The notes under the pieces are model-generated. The model did not search any database and was not told the DNA's origin. It saw only the letters and a program-made list of their open reading frames with translations. A DNA stretch of 64,000 bases from Wickerhamiella versatilis (lineage: Eukaryota): NCBI GenBank assembly GCA_030867685.1, contig JAQOWU010000008.1, positions 3,782,001-3,846,000 on the forward strand, read 5' to 3'. Below, in pieces: positions 59,357-64,000 of this stretch (position 1 is its first letter; every line of letters begins with the position of its first letter). The position numbers and the translations under genes are program-made.

Positions 59357-60424
59357 TTAAGTTGGTGGCAGTGTATTCATTGAATTGAATCTCTGCTTAA
59401 TACTTTGAGTTGCCATATCTCGCAATGCTCTCGCCGTTTTAGGGTTCATGGCATCAACAATGTCCAAAAATCTTTGAGAACGCGATTTCTCCATGGTTTG
59501 CTGTATATAATTTGACTTCAACCAGTCATGCATCATTACTTGCTTGATATGTAGACGGTAAATTGGATCTGGATTTAGAATGCCCTTGATCAGCTCTACA
59601 AGCAGTTTGGTCACCTGTTTTGTCTTAGGAAACCGGAGATCGTGGGTGCGGATTCTGTGATATAAGACATCGAGAGTTTTACTATCAAATGCTGTACAGC
59701 CATATGCCATGGTATACAACATCACCCCTAGTGCCCATACGTCTGAGGGGAGTCCAAATCTACAGGGCTTTGCCAAAATCTCTGGCGCCATGTATGCCGG
59801 TGTTCCACAAAGCCTGGTACGTAGCTCATTTGGTGAATTAAGTTGTTGGCTGAAGCCAAAGTCTGTGACCTTTGGCTCCATTTTGTCGTCTAAAAGAATA
59901 TTGGCCAATTTTAAATCACCATGATGTATTCTTCTCTCATGCAGATAAAGCACTCCTTCAAGAATTTTGGCAAATATTCGGGCAGACTCATGTTCAGGTA
60001 GAGTTCCTTTGGCTGTGACAAGCTCCAGAAGGCTTCGATTTGGGCAGAAGTCGATAACTATGTAAACATTGTATTTGTCCTCAAAATATCCGAGAAACTT
60101 TACAATTGCGGGATTCTGAACTTTCCGGTGAATCGTAACCTCATTACGCAAACGTTGCTGCGCTTGTGAAGTCTTAATATTCTCTTTAGCCATTGTTTTA
60201 ACAACCACACGTTTCTTGTTTGTTGAAGCGATTGCGCTGTAACAATGCGCATACCCACCTTTACCAATTATGCTTTTTACTTCATATTTTCTCCAGCCAT
60301 CGCGTACGATCTTTTGCACCAGTGGCTCGACCTTCTTTTGTGTTGGTGCGGGTGTGCCCGTAGGTAGATTTGCTACCTCTGGTAAAGAAATATATTCGGT
60401 CTTTTCAAAAACCTTGCTCTCCAT
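59357..60424 (-). CDS. Ser/Thr kinase with polo-type (Cdc5-like) catalytic domain, no polo boxes
   Basis: GKGGYAHCY, FEDKYNVYIV..FCPNRSL.EL, HGDLKLAN, DFG, LCGTPAYMAPE; ends about 50 aa after the kinase domain. First ATG 60424; track start is TTG. Confidence 0.8.
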   Translation of the reverse strand: MESKVFEKTEYISLPEVANLPTGTPAPTQKKVEPLVQKIVRDGWRKYEVKSIIGKGGYAHCYSAIASTNKKRVVVKTMAKENIKTSQAQQRLRNEVTIHRKVQNPAIVKFLGYFEDKYNVYIVIDFCPNRSLLELVTAKGTLPEHESARIFAKILEGVLYLHERRIHHGDLKLANILLDDKMEPKVTDFGFSQQLNSPNELRTRLCGTPAYMAPEILAKPCRFGLPSDVWALGVMLYTMAYGCTAFDSKTLDVLYHRIRTHDLRFPKTKQVTKLLVELIKGILNPDPIYRLHIKQVMMHDWLKSNYIQQTMEKSRSQRFLDIVDAMNPKTARALRDMATQSIKQRFNSMNTLPPT

Positions 60425-60787
60425 CGAGCGTGGCTGATCTGGGATTGGCAAACCTCTATATCTTAGGTGACCACAGTTAAGCTTAACTTCTGAACTTACG
60501 AAATGGGAACGTGCAACAACCGAAATTGGGTGCAAGCAGCCTTCTCTGAGACATACAATTGATAAATATTGAAGAATTAGATTATAAGCAGTATTATGCT
60601 AAAGATGCTTGAGGGTCCCAGTTAATGTGGGGTGTTCCGTCCATAGTTTAACACTTCTTTGACCTCACGAAAAGCGACCAAAAAGAAGCTTTAAAGGTAA
60701 CGAAAATAAAACATACATTAAAGTCATATTCAATAAAAAGTACATTAATATTTTTTCAGTGGACGGTAACAAGGTAGTTCTCAAATT

Positions 60788-61540
60788 ATGAACTGGATTA
60801 GGGTTCAGATGATGCCGGCAGCTTTAGGGCGCCTGCGCGTCGCGGCCTTGAAAAAAGTAGCTATGGAATGTGGAGTGAGTCCTCGAGGAAATAAAATTGA
60901 AATTGCAGATCGTGTTTGCTCCTTTGCAGCATCACGACCTCCGGCTGGAAGTGATTTACGTATTGTGTCGATCGATATGGGTATAAGAAATATTGGCATT
61001 TGCGCCATGAAGTCACTTTGGAATAAACAGCCACAGCTTGATAAATGGTATTTAGCCTCGCTTGACACGGACTTCTCCCAGCCGTCGTTCGCATGGGCTG
61101 CAAACAAGTTTGTGACGAATCATATTCTTACTTATGACCCACAAGTGGTCCTAGTAGAAAAGCAGCGATCTAGAAGCGGTGGCTCGCCCCAAATTCCAAA
61201 TGCAATACTGCGGACCAACGTTTTTGAAGGCATGGTCCACGCAATTCTCACCACTTTAAAAACTAGGCCGTATGTCGAGAGCATTGATCCTCGCCTAGTT
61301 ATTGCTCGCTACGATAATAGAGAGCCTTCGAAGCGCAAAACCTATTCAGCATCTAAACGAGTACGCACAGAGCTCGTGAAGCAATGGCTCATGAGCCCCG
61401 AAGCAGCACCGTGTACATTTACTTCAGACCTTGACGAAAGAAATTTTACTGGAAAAAAAGACGACTTAGCAGATAGTTTAGTCCAAGCTGTGGCCTGGAA
61501 CAGATGGCGCTATGAGCTAGCTAACCTTGCCTCACTCTGA
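60788..61540 (+). CDS. CCE1: Mitochondrial Holliday junction resolvase Cce1/Ydc2 (SAP + RuvC fold)
   Basis: SAP-like LKKVAMECGVSPRGNK; IVSIDMGIRN, VEKQRSRSGG, KKDDLADSLVQAVAW. Confidence 0.9.
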   Translation: MNWIRVQMMPAALGRLRVAALKKVAMECGVSPRGNKIEIADRVCSFAASRPPAGSDLRIVSIDMGIRNIGICAMKSLWNKQPQLDKWYLASLDTDFSQPSFAWAANKFVTNHILTYDPQVVLVEKQRSRSGGSPQIPNAILRTNVFEGMVHAILTTLKTRPYVESIDPRLVIARYDNREPSKRKTYSASKRVRTELVKQWLMSPEAAPCTFTSDLDERNFTGKKDDLADSLVQAVAWNRWRYELANLASL

Positions 61541-61578
61541 TTTGCTGACATAGCAGAGACTAGCATTGGCCAAGTATC

Positions 61579-62046
61579 ATGGGCCAAGTACCGTCAAAGG
61601 AGAGTGGACCGAGAGTATTCGAGCCCAAGGAGAAATTTGATGTCGGGCAAAATCTCGAAAACGCACTGGAGAAAAATAGTAATACCGATTATCTCCGCCA
61701 GCAGGTCACCGATAAATATATTGAGCAGCTTGTCTCAGAGCGGCTTCGCCAGCTAGAGTTTGAGACCTATTCCAGAGCCAAGTATGCAGAAAGCCATGTT
61801 CCCGAAATAGATGAGAGTCGCATTGGCGAAAACGACTCTCCTCACCTGCAAGAGCGTCTAAAACAACTTGATGATGAGTTTCAAAAAAGGCCAAAGATCG
61901 GGCAACTGAATTCCAAGGAGGAGTCTGTTCGCAAGACACTTACAGACTGCCTACTTAAGAACAGTGAGAAACCTCTTCATTGCCAAGAAGAATTCGAAAA
62001 ATTCCGGGAACTCGTTAATAGCACAGCGAACCGTCTCAACCTCTAA
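61579..62046 (+). CDS. MIC19: MICOS subunit Mic19
   Basis: Myristoylation-type MGQVPSK, TDYLRQQ..DKYI...VSERL, C-terminal CLLKNSEKPLHC.EEFEKF. Confidence 0.88.
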   Translation: MGQVPSKESGPRVFEPKEKFDVGQNLENALEKNSNTDYLRQQVTDKYIEQLVSERLRQLEFETYSRAKYAESHVPEIDESRIGENDSPHLQERLKQLDDEFQKRPKIGQLNSKEESVRKTLTDCLLKNSEKPLHCQEEFEKFRELVNSTANRLNL

Positions 62047-62108
62047 ACACTATAAAGTATATGTAGACATATATATATAAAGCCCAAGCTGATAGTCCTA
62101 CAGCCTTA

Positions 62109-63629
62109 TTACTCCTCAGCGCTCTTGTAAAGAAGGATTAGCGCAGAATCAGACTCGCCACCTCCGGCTAGACCCTCAATTCGTGCATCGTCCACCTCTG
62201 TAACTTTATCGTCATTGAACCTCCACCATGCGTTAGGACGCTTCTTATTTTTGGTAAAGCACTGATAGTGACCAGAATCTGCCGACATGCCTTGATGGGT
62301 CACCACCGCGACTAGATCATATATTCCGTGCGGGCTGGCATTCTTGTCTGAAAAAGTAGCAGCCGAATCACGAAATTTCTGTTTCAAAGCCTCCAACTTT
62401 TCCGCTGGAACTTCAGCTGATACGTTTTTGTCACTGAATTTTGCACGACGGGCTGCACGCTTTGCCTCCTCAACTTCGGTTTCTACCTCTCGGAAAGCAT
62501 CTCTAATTGGCCGCATCTTTTGCTGTAATTCAGATGTACAAAGGTCCTGTACGTCAAGTTGGAGCGGGAATGCCACTCTGCGAAGAATTTTAGAGTTCAT
62601 ACTGGTATCTCGTCTCCAGAAAAACCGGACGAATTGCACTGTTAAATACTTGGGAAGCCGCGAAATACGGCGAGACACCGTATACCGAGCATCTGCACCT
62701 AATGCATCATTATGCTTGGTGATTTCTTCCGTAAGTGCTGCCCGCAACCCATCCTTGAGGAAATTGGTGTGGACAGAAATATGACAATTAAGCTTGGCAA
62801 ATTCTTCATGAGAGTGTACTGCAGGCTCATCATGCTCCTCGCAGCGTGTAGTAACATCAAATTCTCCATCGAGTAGCTGACGCGCTGCATCAACACCACT
62901 GCTTTTCAATTCCTGGATCAGATTCGTCCATAACTCTTCCGCATCCTGCTGCTTGGGGATACCATGGTCACCAACCTCAGCAAATTGAGGAAACTGGGAC
63001 CTTAGCGCCTGTATGAAGACGTAAGGCGATCGACTCTCCACTGGTGGTGCAATTAGGGAGGATAAAGACTTTACTAGAAGGTTGGTGCCCCCGTATTCTG
63101 CAGCAGCCCCACCAAGTTCAGGAATCATGCGCATTGCCTGCAATGTGCTATTGGCGTAGCACGTATTGCCCATATTTGGGAATCCCGGAGGGATTTTAGC
63201 ATTATCATTTTCGCCACCCGAGCCAGACGTTTTCTGATCTGCTGATTCTGATGGCTCTGGGGCCTTGATCTCTGCCTTGGCTGCAGCGGTCCCCAACATC
63301 ATTACGGTTTGGCCATTTTTCAATCCTGCATCACTGAGGGTAACCTCGCTGGAGAGTTGTTTTCCTCTCACTAGAACCTTCTGTCGCGATGCCTCAACTT
63401 GTGTCAACTCAGTAAGCTTCTCCTTGAGAGAAATACCCAGTGATTCATCTGGAAGGTCTACATCGTAGGTCTTGCCTGCATGCTTGACGTGTACGAGCAT
63501 CAACTTGCACTTGAAATTGGTTAGTCAGATCAACTGGTGGTGGTGGGTCCAAATGGAACAGAAACAGAACAGGTTACGAATATGCACTTGGTTTGATAAA
63601 AATTTCTAGGAACTCACAATGCTTCTCAT
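62109..63629 (-). CDS. UBP6: Proteasome-associated deubiquitinase Ubp6/USP14; probable micro-exon 63618-63629
   Basis: N-terminal UBL domain; Cys box GFPNMGNTCYANS; QQDAEE; His box HQGMSADSGHY; LAGGGESDSALILLY. Intron signals GTGAGT...GACTAAC...AAG. Confidence 0.93.
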
Positions 63630-63739
63630 TGAACACTGTGCACGATAGAATTACCAGCCAAATCATCAACATTTCTTACCGTTTGTCCTGCTCCAAACAG
63701 AGGTACACGCTGCTTACGCTACCAACCAACGCATAGGGA

Positions 63740-64000
63740 ATGCTGGTCGATCTCCATCCCCGGCGACTCCGGAGACAGCTGTCTACACTCCTCAACATGA
63801 TGATGGTGCTAGCTGGTGCCTTCATGGCCTATAAAACGCTAGGGGTTATCGCAAACACGGGTACGCCTGCAGTGGTGGTGCTGAGTGGCAGCATGGAGCC
63901 TGCCTTTCAGCGGGGTGATATCCTGTTGTTATGGAATCGTGAGAACCACGTGAATGTAGGGGATGTGGTGGTCTATGAGACGAATCGTCGCAGTATACCA
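63740..64000 (+). CDS. SEC11: Signal peptidase catalytic subunit Sec11, 5' part (runs off window end)
   Basis: Manual translation ...[27 protein letters not shown]...VGDVVVY...SIP. Not in the ORF track. Confidence 0.95.
   Translation, partial: MLVDLHPRRLRRQLSTLLNMMMVLAGAFMAYKTLGVIANTGTPAVVVLSGSMEPAFQRGDILLLWNRENHVNVGDVVVYETNRRSIP

Noticed and set aside
60456-60499. GTAAGT possible intron upstream of the polo-like kinase
   Set aside because: The nearby AG acceptors are out of phase with the upstream ATG exon.
1-64000. Transposons, LTRs or a horizontally acquired bacterial operon
   Set aside because: No RT, integrase or transposase motifs, no terminal repeats, and no run of bacterial-type genes seen; only the single TM-GNAT gene has a bacterial-like domain.

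Overview
Eukaryotic DNA from a highly compact, intron-poor budding yeast (Saccharomycotina) that retains respiratory complex I. Gene density and content suggest a Dipodascomycetes-type yeast such as Wickerhamiella/Starmerella, but this is inference, not identification. I find about 40 protein-coding genes, mostly housekeeping (e.g. RAD26 and SEC11 partial at the edges, PET191, EMC6, SEC12, RAD18, DLD2, H2A/H2B, HSP78, TRS130, HEM4, MES1, TPD3, DAL1, ARC35, NPR2, RDS3, RSM24, RSM7, HMO1, VMA4, ATP4, CCE1, MIC19, UBP6) plus two tandem intron-containing tRNA-His(GUG) genes. I see no transposon, CRISPR array or rRNA. Most notable: (1) an 865-aa orphan with about 8 TM helices fused to a bacterial-type FemAB-like double-GNAT domain, lying just downstream of the tRNA-His pair; (2) a divergent H2A/H2B pair whose H2A ends SQEIA rather than SQEL; (3) a polo-type kinase with no polo box and HGD in place of HRD; (4) a 54-aa twin-CX9C NDUFAF8-like gene missing from the ORF track, starting 7 nt after the upstream stop; (5) head-to-head genes only 48-57 nt apart; (6) several unannotated short introns, and an Rds3 altered at branch-point pocket residues. 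All homology calls come from motif recognition by eye; no searches were run.
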